Source: Pseudomonadota bacterium
Lineage (GTDB): Bacteria; Bdellovibrionota_B; Oligoflexia; Oligoflexales; CAIMVM01
Assembly (NCBI GenBank): GCA_037142195.1
Contig: JBAXBA010000050.1
Location: forward strand, 1-25,960
Length of the DNA stretch: 25,960 bases
Direction: 5' to 3'
The position numbers and the translations under genes were made by a program. Below are positions 15,933 to 24,538 of this stretch, piece after piece. Under the pieces are notes generated by a model, which was not told the DNA's origin, did no database searches, and worked only from the letters and a program-made list of their open reading frames with translations. The stretch's first letter is position 1. Every line of letters begins with the position of its first letter.

Positions 15933-18788
15933 ATGTGGATTCAGAATCAGCGCGTAATCAGCAGAACCGAGCCGGAACTTGGGATCGGTTTAGTCAAAGA
16001 TATAAAACATGGGGAATGGGTTGAGATACATTTTCCATTAGTTGGGGAAGCCCGCCGATATGGCGTATTTACTCCACCTATACAAAGATTTCTATTGCGG
16101 ACGGGGCAGTCTTTTGTTGCAAAAAATGGCTCAGTGTCCGTAGTACAAGAGATTTCAGAAGAAAGTGGTCTCGTCTACTATATTACCAATACGGGTCGCT
16201 TTAGCGAAATGGATATGGATCATAGGCTCCATGATGTCGGTACAGTAGAAGCGCTTTTAAATGGTCAGCTCACGGATTTTGCGACTTATGACTTAAGAAA
16301 AGAAGCTTGGAATATCAAGCGGCAGTATCAATCCTCAGAAGCCTTTGGTGTGATTGGCCCGCGGGTCCAACCTATAGCCCATCAACTCTACATTACCAAA
16401 GAAGTGGTGGCACGAACGCGCCCAAGAGTTCTGCTTGCCGACGAAGTCGGGCTTGGAAAGACCATAGAAGCGGGTCTTATTATGTCAGCCCTTCGGGTAC
16501 GAGGAAAGGCAGACAGGATTCTCATTGTAGTTCCTGAAGCATTAGTATTTCAGTGGGTCCATGAAATGTTTAGGCGTTTCAATCTCCTTTTTACGGTTCT
16601 TGATTCAGAGAGAATTGCTGAAGATGAAGAAACTCATAAAACATCTGCCTTCGCCCATAATCACCTCACCATCGTAGCCATGGAATGGCTTGTAAAAGAT
16701 CCGGATGTGGTCGAGCAGATTACGGACCAATCCTGGGATCTACTCGTTATGGATGAAGCCCATCACATTCGCTGGGACCAAGAGACACCAAGCCCCAAAT
16801 GGAAAGTCGCCAGTGAGCTTTCTAAGGCGAGTGATGGTCTTTTGCTACTTACGGCAACGCCACGGCAATATGGCTATGATACTCTCTTTGGTCTACTCAA
16901 CCTTGTGGACTCGGAACGATTTTCGGACTTTGATTCTTACGTGGAGGAAGCTGAAAAATCGGCCGCAGTAGCAGCCGTTGCCAAAGAGATCCATGCTACT
17001 AAGGAGATTTCTGAGGATGTAAAGAGACATCTAGGGGATCTGTTTCCCGATGACTTTGACTTGCAGTCTAGTCTTGATGCCGAAGACTCGGGAAATGATG
17101 TGGTGAGAGCCCTTGTGGATCGCCATGGCACGGGCCGGACCTTGTTTCGCAATCGCCGTGCTCGCATCAAAGGATTTCCCAAAAGAACGTTGTTTACAGT
17201 ACCTCTAAAGCCATCGCCTTCCTATGTTTCTAGATTTTCAAAAGTTAAGCTTGAAACTTGGGATGAGCTAAAGTTGATGGACTGCGCCACAGGCCGAGAC
17301 ACCAACCGATTTGAATTAGACCATGAAACTTTGGATCCTCGTTTTCTTTGGATGGCTCAGTTTGTTAAGAATTTAGGCTCTGAAAAAGCATTGATTATTT
17401 GTGCCAATCGGGAACGGGTCGTAAGGCTGGCGAGTTTTCTCTCAGAGATGACTGGCATGGAAACCTCCATGTTTCATGAAAAGCTTTCCGTCATTGAGCG
17501 GGATCAGCAAGCAGCGCGCTTTGCAGACAATCCCAAATGCCAGGTTTTAGTTTCCAGTGAAATCGGCGGCGAAGGCCGTAACTTCCAATTTGCTCACAAA
17601 CTCATTATGGCAGATATTCCAAGGCATCCCGACCTAGTAGAACAAAGGATAGGGAGATTAGATAGGATCGGTCAAAAAAGTTCAATTGAAATCTATGTTC
17701 CGTACTTGGAGGGCACATCAGAAGAAGTTCTTGTGAAATGGTACCAGGAAGGCATCCATGCTTTTGATCGCTCATGGAATGGAACGGATATTTTTTTGAA
17801 TGAGTTTGTCGACTCGTTGATGGACGTCATTCGCATGTCCCTTAAAGGAATCGATGCCAAGGGCAAAGTGGCCTTAGCTGAACTTATCCAAGAGACTGCG
17901 GCCTTTGCAGAAAAAATATCCCTAGAGAATGAAAATTCCGTTGATATTCTTTTGGATATCAATTCGTTTGATGAGGAAAAAGGCGCTGAAATGCTTGATG
18001 CCGTGGATAGCGCTGATGATGATCCCGCTCTTGAGTTTTTTATGCGTTCGATGTTGGATCACTATGGAGTGGAGTATGATGACTACGATGAGCGTGGCTC
18101 TATTGTCGTCCACGGAGAGTCTCTCAAGTTTATAGAGAGCTTTCCAGGAATCGAGCAAGATCAGGATACGGTCTTGACTTTTTCAAGGGAGACTGCCTTA
18201 GCTAGAGAAGACATGGTTTTCTTAACCGGAGATCATCCCATTGTAGAGGCCACTCTTAGCCTTCTTTTAGATCGAGGCGAGGGTATGGCTAGCATGTGTA
18301 AATGGGAAGATTCGCCGTATGATCGAGGCTTGATCCTAGAGTCCAGTTGGATTCTAGAAGCTTTGGGGCCTCGAAGTTTAGAGCTAGGAAAGTACTTGCC
18401 TGTTCAGATGCAAGAAATCCAAATGGATCACCGCGGAAAGGTCTTGAATGAAACAAGACACCGTAAGGACCCCTCTAAACTCGAAGCTCTCACCTGGGAT
18501 GATCAGCAGATGACTCCTAAGGACATGGAAAAACCTTTGAGGGGACTGCTAGCTAAAATTGAAAAAAGCATGGAAGGGTGGGTTGAAAAAAATCGCTCCG
18601 CAGCATTAACAGCCGCTAAAAAAGAATTGGACGCGGAACTCGAAAGAATGGAATATCTAGCCCGCGTCAATAAGTCGGTAACGGCACTTGATGTGGCGAA
18701 CATCAAAGAGAGAAATATCAGAATTCTCGACGCTATCAAAAAATCCGCGCCGCGGTTAGATGCGATTCGAGTGATCTTTACCCACTAA
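15933..18788 (+). CDS. rapA: RNA polymerase-associated SWI2/SNF2 ATPase RapA (HepA)
   Basis: N-terminal QRVISRTEPELGIG (RapA tandem-Tudor start); RPRVLLADEVGLGKTIEAG, QWVHEMFRRFNL, DEAHH, LLLTATP, DRHGTGR, SEIGGEGRNFQFAH, EQRIGRLDRIGQ; C-terminal RLDAIRVI. Start moved to ATG 15933. Confidence 0.93.
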   Translation: MWIQNQRVISRTEPELGIGLVKDIKHGEWVEIHFPLVGEARRYGVFTPPIQRFLLRTGQSFVAKNGSVSVVQEISEESGLVYYITNTGRFSEMDMDHRLHDVGTVEALLNGQLTDFATYDLRKEAWNIKRQYQSSEAFGVIGPRVQPIAHQLYITKEVVARTRPRVLLADEVGLGKTIEAGLIMSALRVRGKADRILIVVPEALVFQWVHEMFRRFNLLFTVLDSERIAEDEETHKTSAFAHNHLTIVAMEWLVKDPDVVEQITDQSWDLLVMDEAHHIRWDQETPSPKWKVASELSKASDGLLLLTATPRQYGYDTLFGLLNLVDSERFSDFDSYVEEAEKSAAVAAVAKEIHATKEISEDVKRHLGDLFPDDFDLQSSLDAEDSGNDVVRALVDRHGTGRTLFRNRRARIKGFPKRTLFTVPLKPSPSYVSRFSKVKLETWDELKLMDCATGRDTNRFELDHETLDPRFLWMAQFVKNLGSEKALIICANRERVVRLASFLSEMTGMETSMFHEKLSVIERDQQAARFADNPKCQVLVSSEIGGEGRNFQFAHKLIMADIPRHPDLVEQRIGRLDRIGQKSSIEIYVPYLEGTSEEVLVKWYQEGIHAFDRSWNGTDIFLNEFVDSLMDVIRMSLKGIDAKGKVALAELIQETAAFAEKISLENENSVDILLDINSFDEEKGAEMLDAVDSADDDPALEFFMRSMLDHYGVEYDDYDERGSIVVHGESLKFIESFPGIEQDQDTVLTFSRETALAREDMVFLTGDHPIVEATLSLLLDRGEGMASMCKWEDSPYDRGLILESSWILEALGPRSLELGKYLPVQMQEIQMDHRGKVLNETRHRKDPSKLEALTWDDQQMTPKDMEKPLRGLLAKIEKSMEGWVEKNRSAALTAAKKELDAELERMEYLARVNKSVTALDVANIKERNIRILDAIKKSAPRLDAIRVIFTH

Positions 18789-18825
18789 TAAGTTATAGAC
18801 GACGGCAGTTTAGCCGTATCCTCCC

Positions 18826-18866
18826 TGCGACTCATGCCCATAAAAGGGAGTGGGTCGCATGTTCTT
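18826..18866 (+). terminator. Probable intrinsic terminator after rapA
   Basis: TGCGACTCATGCCC-ataaaa-GGGAGTGGGTCGCA hairpin followed by a weak U-tract TGTTCTT. Confidence 0.6.
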
Positions 18867-19221
18867 GGGGCTGAGGTATCAAGTTTAAAGGATGCTAAAG
18901 AGCTGCTAGTGCTTTCACTCCAGAGATAGATTTACCATTTTTGAAAAACACCTAATATTATTCAACAACAGAACAATCTCAGTTTTACCAGATTCTTATG
19001 AGATTGAGGTCGATGATCGGATTTTGCTTTTCACCTAAATTCCAAACCTAGCCACAGTGCAAAGCATTTGCAAAACATTTGGAAAAAGCAATTCGATTGT
19101 TACGAAACGTAAAAACTTCAGGAAGAGTGTGAAACAAAATCCTGAATACCCAAGTTTCAAAGATTTTCAGTTGTCTCTGAAATAATATGTAACATTCTGA
19201 TTATAATGGAATATTTCCGAA

Positions 19222-19244
19222 TGCGATCACAGTCTGTGATCGCA
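19222..19244. promoter_or_regulatory. Perfect palindrome, candidate operator
   Basis: TGCGATCACAG-T-CTGTGATCGCA; 14 nt downstream of a TATAAT (19202-19207) and upstream of the 19384 operon. Confidence 0.7.
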
Positions 19245-19383
19245 CCGCTCACAGTTCGTGCTCAGAAGTATTTTTGCCTCCTTGATTGTGAGGCGCGATT
19301 GTACGAAGCTAAAAGTAGATCAAAAACTTGCAAGTTTAAAAATCCAGAGTCAAAAAAAAACTAAATTTTAAAAGGATCATCAA

Positions 19384-19977
19384 ATGAAAAAACTTACTCT
19401 AAATCTCTGTGCCGGTGTTTCTATTCTATTACTTCAGGCTTGCGACAATTATACGACCCAGCCCTTGTGTGACGCTGGCAATGCAACAACGATTCCTGGG
19501 ATTGAAGGGACCTATACCGTTTCGATTCAAGGTCCAGCTCACGACATCGCGACAACAGATGTTAAAATTGAAGCCAACCCGCAGGATTTAAGTCATCTAA
19601 AAATGCGGAGGTTTGACCAAAAGAAATCCTTAGTTGAAGAATCTGATGCAACATTGTGTCACATCAATGGGAGAAACATTCTTCAGACCAAATCCGAAGA
19701 TGGAATGGGTTTTTCCTATGTGGCTCTGATTCACTCGGCGGAAAGCCTAACCTACCAACCCGTTGCCTTTGATCGAGTCACTTTAGATGTTTTAGGAATC
19801 GGCTGGAAAGTGCAGCCCATGCCTGAACAAGAATCCCTTCGCTTCGGCGGGCAAAAACTTCAAAATTCCGAGGATGTGAGAGAAGCGTTCGTGGTGTCAA
19901 ATGACGGCGTTGCCTTGCAAGAGGTTTGGAAGTCAGCTAGAATCATGCCGGTTGGTTTAAGTCTTCTAAAAAAATAA
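19384..19977 (+). CDS. Hypothetical lipoprotein (paralogue of 22359-23024)
   Basis: RBS AAGGA; lipobox LQAC; shares a motif pattern with the 22359-23024 protein. Confidence 0.85.
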   Translation: MKKLTLNLCAGVSILLLQACDNYTTQPLCDAGNATTIPGIEGTYTVSIQGPAHDIATTDVKIEANPQDLSHLKMRRFDQKKSLVEESDATLCHINGRNILQTKSEDGMGFSYVALIHSAESLTYQPVAFDRVTLDVLGIGWKVQPMPEQESLRFGGQKLQNSEDVREAFVVSNDGVALQEVWKSARIMPVGLSLLKK

Positions 19978-19994
19978 AGATTTCGGGGACGTTC

Positions 19995-20834
19995 ATGCAA
20001 GTCGATACCATTAAATTGCCAGATATATTTGATTTTACCGACTACCGAGCGTTCTTAAGGGAACGCTTGGTTGCGCTTCACTCCAACAACCCCAAGTATA
20101 GCCAGCGCTGGGTAGCTAAAAATGCAGGATTTCAGTCTCTTCATTTACTATCTATGATTCTTTCTGGTGCCAGGAATTTGGCGAAAGATAAGGTCGAACC
20201 TCTATCGCAAGTCCTCAAACTTGATTCGAAAGAGAGCGAGTATTTTAAATTGATCCATGCCCTTGCGGAAGCTTCCAATCATGAGGAGCAAAAATCGATC
20301 CTTCGTGAAATTAAAGTGGCATTTAAAAATGGTTTGTTTTCTTTTTTTGGCGAGGAAGCTGTAAAGGCCATAACCACCTGGTATCTGGGTGCTATTGTTC
20401 AACTCACTGTCCTGAAGGACTTCCAAGAGTCTCCTCTTTGGATCGCAAATCGTCTGGGGATTTCTGAAAGTGAAGCAGTGGATGGGCTCGAATTTCTATT
20501 GAAGCACCAGTTCCTAGTCCGTGAAAATGGAGTCCTCGTTCGAAGTCAACCAAGTCTCCACAATTTCGGCAAACTTCCACCGTTAACGGTAGCTTCTTAT
20601 CATATGCAAATATTTGAAAAAGCCTATCAAAGCCTAGTGAAAACGAAAGAACATAAATATGTGGAGACTTTGACCATAGCGATTGCTAAAAATGAACTTC
20701 CACAATTTAAAGATGCGATTAAGAAGTTTTGTCGAGAAATGGATCTAGATGCGGAATCGTCGGCACAAACTAGAAGCGATGTTTGGCAATTAGCGGTGGC
20801 GTTTTTCTCTTTAACTCCAGTTTCAGAAGAATAG
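19995..20834 (+). CDS. TIGR02147 family (DUF4423) HTH-containing putative transcriptional regulator
   Basis: IFDFTDYRAFL..NPKYSQRWVAKNAGFQS..LSMILSGARNL (xre-like HTH), LKLDSKESEYF, WYLGAIVQL, WIANRLGISESEA, YHMQ, KDAIKKF, C-terminal VWQLAVAFFSLT; 279 aa. Confidence 0.88.
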   Translation: MQVDTIKLPDIFDFTDYRAFLRERLVALHSNNPKYSQRWVAKNAGFQSLHLLSMILSGARNLAKDKVEPLSQVLKLDSKESEYFKLIHALAEASNHEEQKSILREIKVAFKNGLFSFFGEEAVKAITTWYLGAIVQLTVLKDFQESPLWIANRLGISESEAVDGLEFLLKHQFLVRENGVLVRSQPSLHNFGKLPPLTVASYHMQIFEKAYQSLVKTKEHKYVETLTIAIAKNELPQFKDAIKKFCREMDLDAESSAQTRSDVWQLAVAFFSLTPVSEE

Positions 20835-20892
20835 ATTGAGATTTCGATTTTTATATTTTATAATTGCAGTGCTAAATTGGGGGAAACTACGA

Positions 20893-22362
20893 GTGAATTT
20901 CAGGAATGTCACACAGCTCTGTTGTGGGTTGGTTTTGAGTGCCCAGTTACTTTTTTCTTCCCTCGCTCATGCCGGCTGGGGTGTTGGAAGTGAGTTTGCT
21001 CCTTATAAAAAGGACGGCTTTGATTTTGCGATGTCCTATCCCATCGAATGGACTTTGCAGGAAAACTCCCCAAGTCTTGGGGAATGCACTAATTATGGGT
21101 GTTTTCAGGAAGTAGCCATAGATAACAGATCTAAGTTTCCCAAAGAGACTTCGGAAGTTCGAGCGAAGTTTTATCAAGGTCTGCAGCTCACTTACGAAGA
21201 TTTTTTGAAGTCGATCCCTCCGCGTCACCCTGAAATACCAGCAAGTGCTTGGACTGTTCTCACTCAAACGGGTGGGTATTATCCTTCCATCACATCGGGC
21301 GAGCGGCCAGGGAAATTGCCTAACGAGCGAGTGGTACAGGAATATTATTTTATAGGATCCGGCCGGGTGATTCAGGTGGAATCCCATGCTTTTGAAGCTG
21401 GAAACGGCCTTTACCTCGTCGAAAGGATTCGTTCTTCCATTGACAACTCCAGCAAGGGACCTGAAGTCGTTGATATAGGTTGGGACAAAGAAAAGTACTT
21501 TCCAGGAGAGTCTGCTTGTCTTTCCATTACGGTCGTAGATACACCAGGTGCCGTCGGTGCAGATAGCCTTAAGAGTCTTGAACTGGTAGGAGATACCGGA
21601 GCTATTTTTGAGAAGAAAATCGATTTTTCGGTATATAGCGAGCAAAAAAATGCGAGGAAAATGAATTTTAACTCCACCTGCTCCCAACGCTCCGGCGCAA
21701 GCAAAGATAACACTCCCGCCAGCGACAAGAGCAAAGAGAAATCGCGCTTTCAAATCGAGATCAAGATTCAGAACTATTTTGACGCGCCGGACCTTCATAT
21801 TCGCAATCTGTCGTTTACAAATCTCAATGATGGGCAAACCTGGTGTTCGGTTGAGCCCCAAAAGGGCAGTAAGGAAGGTTTGTTATATTGCGTTAGCGGC
21901 AAGGATGTGAAAATTGACAAAAGCTATCCCTCGGTGTCTTGGGCCGAAGTAAGCAATAGCAATCGAGATACTCAAAGTCCTCGAGTCACTAAACTGCAGA
22001 TAGCTGAAGATCATCTTCTTAATATTGAAGCTACTGATAAAAGTGGCATTGCCTTTGTCATTTTAGAACTTGAACATTCAGACAATAACACAATTTTGTT
22101 GTTCCCTGATCAAATCGGTAAGGAGAATTGGGTTGATTTAAAGGATAAGGGAAAGTGGGGTAGGAATAATATCAGCCGTATTGTCGTGGTCGACAATAAT
22201 AAATTGTATACCACTTTTAAAGCTAATTTATTCGGTAGGTATGAGTGCAAGAGCTTTGAGCTGAAGAAAGATGAGTTTTCAGTTTATAAGAGAGTTCCTG
22301 TGGTAGGCGGATGTGAGGCGGAATTTCCCGCTATCAGTTTTAGTGGGGGTGTTAGAAAATGA
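20893..22362 (+). CDS. Secreted multidomain hypothetical protein (PsbP-like N-terminal domain, Ig-like C-terminal region)
   Basis: The GTG start at 20893 after GGGGG gives a clean signal peptide ending AHA; the ORF could extend to TTG 20836. YKKDGFDFAMSYPIEW is PsbP-like and DTQSPRV..IEATDKSGIAFV is Ig-like. The stop overlaps the next ATG (ATGA). Confidence 0.7.
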   Translation: MNFRNVTQLCCGLVLSAQLLFSSLAHAGWGVGSEFAPYKKDGFDFAMSYPIEWTLQENSPSLGECTNYGCFQEVAIDNRSKFPKETSEVRAKFYQGLQLTYEDFLKSIPPRHPEIPASAWTVLTQTGGYYPSITSGERPGKLPNERVVQEYYFIGSGRVIQVESHAFEAGNGLYLVERIRSSIDNSSKGPEVVDIGWDKEKYFPGESACLSITVVDTPGAVGADSLKSLELVGDTGAIFEKKIDFSVYSEQKNARKMNFNSTCSQRSGASKDNTPASDKSKEKSRFQIEIKIQNYFDAPDLHIRNLSFTNLNDGQTWCSVEPQKGSKEGLLYCVSGKDVKIDKSYPSVSWAEVSNSNRDTQSPRVTKLQIAEDHLLNIEATDKSGIAFVILELEHSDNNTILLFPDQIGKENWVDLKDKGKWGRNNISRIVVVDNNKLYTTFKANLFGRYECKSFELKKDEFSVYKRVPVVGGCEAEFPAISFSGGVRK

Positions 22363-23024
22363 GATTTCTTACAATTCTTTCTGTTCTCTTAACGTTGACT
22401 GCTTGCGGGGGCGTAACTTTTAGAAACAAGCTGTGTCAGCCGGTAAAGAAAGCCATTCCTACTGATTATAATGGCACATATAGTGTGGACTTTAATTCGG
22501 GATCGTCCCTTTCCATTCCTGGGTTTCGTTATTCTAGTAAAAGTTATGTTATGGTGGATGTGGAAAAGGGTCTCATCAGAACTGTTTTGCCTCAGCTTCC
22601 GGGCAGTGTTTCCCAAGGTTTCGACTTTGATGGCGGTTTTTGTCCCGTTGATGATCATCTCTATTATCAAGAGTATCAAGCTTCGACGAGTACTTGGAGT
22701 CTTTATCAGCTGGGATTAGAGCCCGATGGATTCTCGATGCAGTTTCTTACGTTCGTGCCAAGTAAGTTGGCTCAATTAGGCTTTGATTATATCATTAAGG
22801 AGCCGGATTCCTATTTTTCCGAACAAGGAGAAGGCAACGGCTATCAGGATACTAGTATCGTAGTCAATAATCCGGAACCTGCGAGTGATATGAGCTCCCT
22901 TAGAAGCATTCTTAGAGCCGCGGGTAAGTCCTCGGTGCAATTTCGGTTTGTTCGCATAGAAGCGAACGATAAAATAAATGCCTTATTTAAATCGAAAGGA
23001 AAAACCTTTTCTCTTTATAAATAG
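22359..23024 (+). CDS. Hypothetical lipoprotein (paralogue of 19384-19977)
   Basis: Lipobox LTAC; translationally coupled to the upstream gene. Confidence 0.85.
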   Translation: MRFLTILSVLLTLTACGGVTFRNKLCQPVKKAIPTDYNGTYSVDFNSGSSLSIPGFRYSSKSYVMVDVEKGLIRTVLPQLPGSVSQGFDFDGGFCPVDDHLYYQEYQASTSTWSLYQLGLEPDGFSMQFLTFVPSKLAQLGFDYIIKEPDSYFSEQGEGNGYQDTSIVVNNPEPASDMSSLRSILRAAGKSSVQFRFVRIEANDKINALFKSKGKTFSLYK

Positions 23025-23467
23025 AACTAGGTTCCTGCTTTAGCCCTCGCTAAAGTTGCTATTTTGGGAATGAAGATCTTGACTCAAGCAAGTTAGCCGG
23101 AAAAAAATTAGGCGTTTTTTTACTTTCCTGGCCTGAATCTATCGACGGCAGTGAATGTCCAGTCGTTCGGTCCGGCTCACTCACTCGAAGCAAGATTTTC
23201 TTTTCAAATATAGCAACTACAAATAGTTTCATAACTTTACTGCCTATTTCAGCAAGGAGCTTTTCAACTTCCGAGTCGGTACTAAATCTATTTAAAATTG
23301 CCCTGAGGGAATCGCTTTATGTTCTGAATGGAGGCCGACGAGTGAGGATTGAAATCTATTTAAGATGACAGATCTTAGATGCAACCTTAGAATGGTGGAA
23401 TAGGTGCAGCTGGCACAATCAGCGACTTAGGATTTTGTGGAGAGTAAGGACTTCAGGGAGAAAAGCT

Positions 23468-24229
23468 ATGGGTTATAAGAGCAAAATACCAGAAATTGAT
23501 AAACTTCAGGAGCAAGTTGAAAATTTTAGGCCTATAGATAAAGCACTGCTTAAACAAATTAAAGAATACTACCGCATAGGTCTAACCTACTCCAGTAATC
23601 GAATGGAAGGGAATACGCTTACTGAAATAGAAACTAAAATTGTTCTTGAAGATGGATTGACAATCGGTGGCAAGTCTTTAGTCGATCATTACGAAGCCTC
23701 GGGACATAGTGAGGCTTTTGACTTGGTCTACGATCTTGCAAAAAAGAAAACCATTTCTGAAAAAGATATTCTAGGGATTCACAGGCTTTTTTATTACCGA
23801 ATCGATCAGGCTCATGCTGGTCAATATAGGGATGTCCCCGTGGTAATCACAGGTACAGATTATACGCCCCCACCTGCTTCTAAAGTACCAAGCTTGATGA
23901 AGAAATTTGTCAGCGATATTCCAAAAATCAGAAAGAAATTTCATCCTGTGGAAGCAGCAGCACTCATTCACATGGGATTTGTGGATATCCATCCTTTTAT
24001 TGATGGAAATGGGAGAACAGCAAGGCTTCTCATGAATCTCAGCCTTTTCCAATCGGGATATTCTGTGACGATCATTCCGCCTGTTTTACGAGCAGACTAT
24101 ATCAATTTCATAAAGCAGTCACAGACTGGAAAAAAAGACATGTCAGGATTCATAAATTTCATGAGTTCCATGGTTTATGAGTCCACAAAAGACTATTTGC
24201 GATTGCTAAAAAACTTACATAAAAAATAA
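23468..24229 (+). CDS. Fic family protein (class II, N-terminal inhibitory motif)
   Basis: Canonical HPFIDGNGRTAR; inhibitory SxxxEG motif SNRMEGN; start moved to ATG 23468 after AGGGAG. Confidence 0.93.
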   Translation: MGYKSKIPEIDKLQEQVENFRPIDKALLKQIKEYYRIGLTYSSNRMEGNTLTEIETKIVLEDGLTIGGKSLVDHYEASGHSEAFDLVYDLAKKKTISEKDILGIHRLFYYRIDQAHAGQYRDVPVVITGTDYTPPPASKVPSLMKKFVSDIPKIRKKFHPVEAAALIHMGFVDIHPFIDGNGRTARLLMNLSLFQSGYSVTIIPPVLRADYINFIKQSQTGKKDMSGFINFMSSMVYESTKDYLRLLKNLHKK

Positions 24230-24495
24230 GAAATGCTTTCATACGAGGTGTCCATTTGTTGCTGATATTCCACGAGTAAAAGACCTAGACTGGGAGCTTA
24301 CCTTTAACGATCCTCGCTGTCGTCATGCCTTTGCCTCTTATTCTTCGGTTCTTGCGGTCTTTAACTTATTGCCCACGGCACTTCAGACAGAGAGTGACGA
24401 AATTACAGATTTAACCTCTCGTAAATCAGGCGTCCTTATAGAGTTGATACTCCTCAAAAGACGAAGACTTAAAGTTAGAAGCAAATATTCTTTTT

Positions 24496-24531
24496 AAAAA
24501 ATGCCCTTCCGTCTAGATGGCTGAAGGGTTT
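24496..24531 (-). terminator. Terminator hairpin downstream of the oxidase gene, possibly bidirectional
   Basis: CCCTTC...GAAGGG stem (24504-24528) with an A-tract on the left and a T-rich tract on the right. Confidence 0.55.
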
Positions 24532-24538
24532 GATTTCT

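Noticed and set aside
18867..18900. GGGGCTGA resembling a tmRNA 5' end
   Set aside because: It is not followed by the conserved GATTCGAC segment, and I found no matching T-arm/CCA 3' end.
19235..19253. CRP/FNR site TGTGA...TCACA
   Set aside because: The spacer is 9 nt, not 6; better explained as adjacent halves of two tandem palindromes.
20947..21861. 304-aa antisense ORF
   Set aside because: It lies wholly opposite a well-formed gene in a coupled operon and has no recognisable motifs; most likely a shadow ORF.
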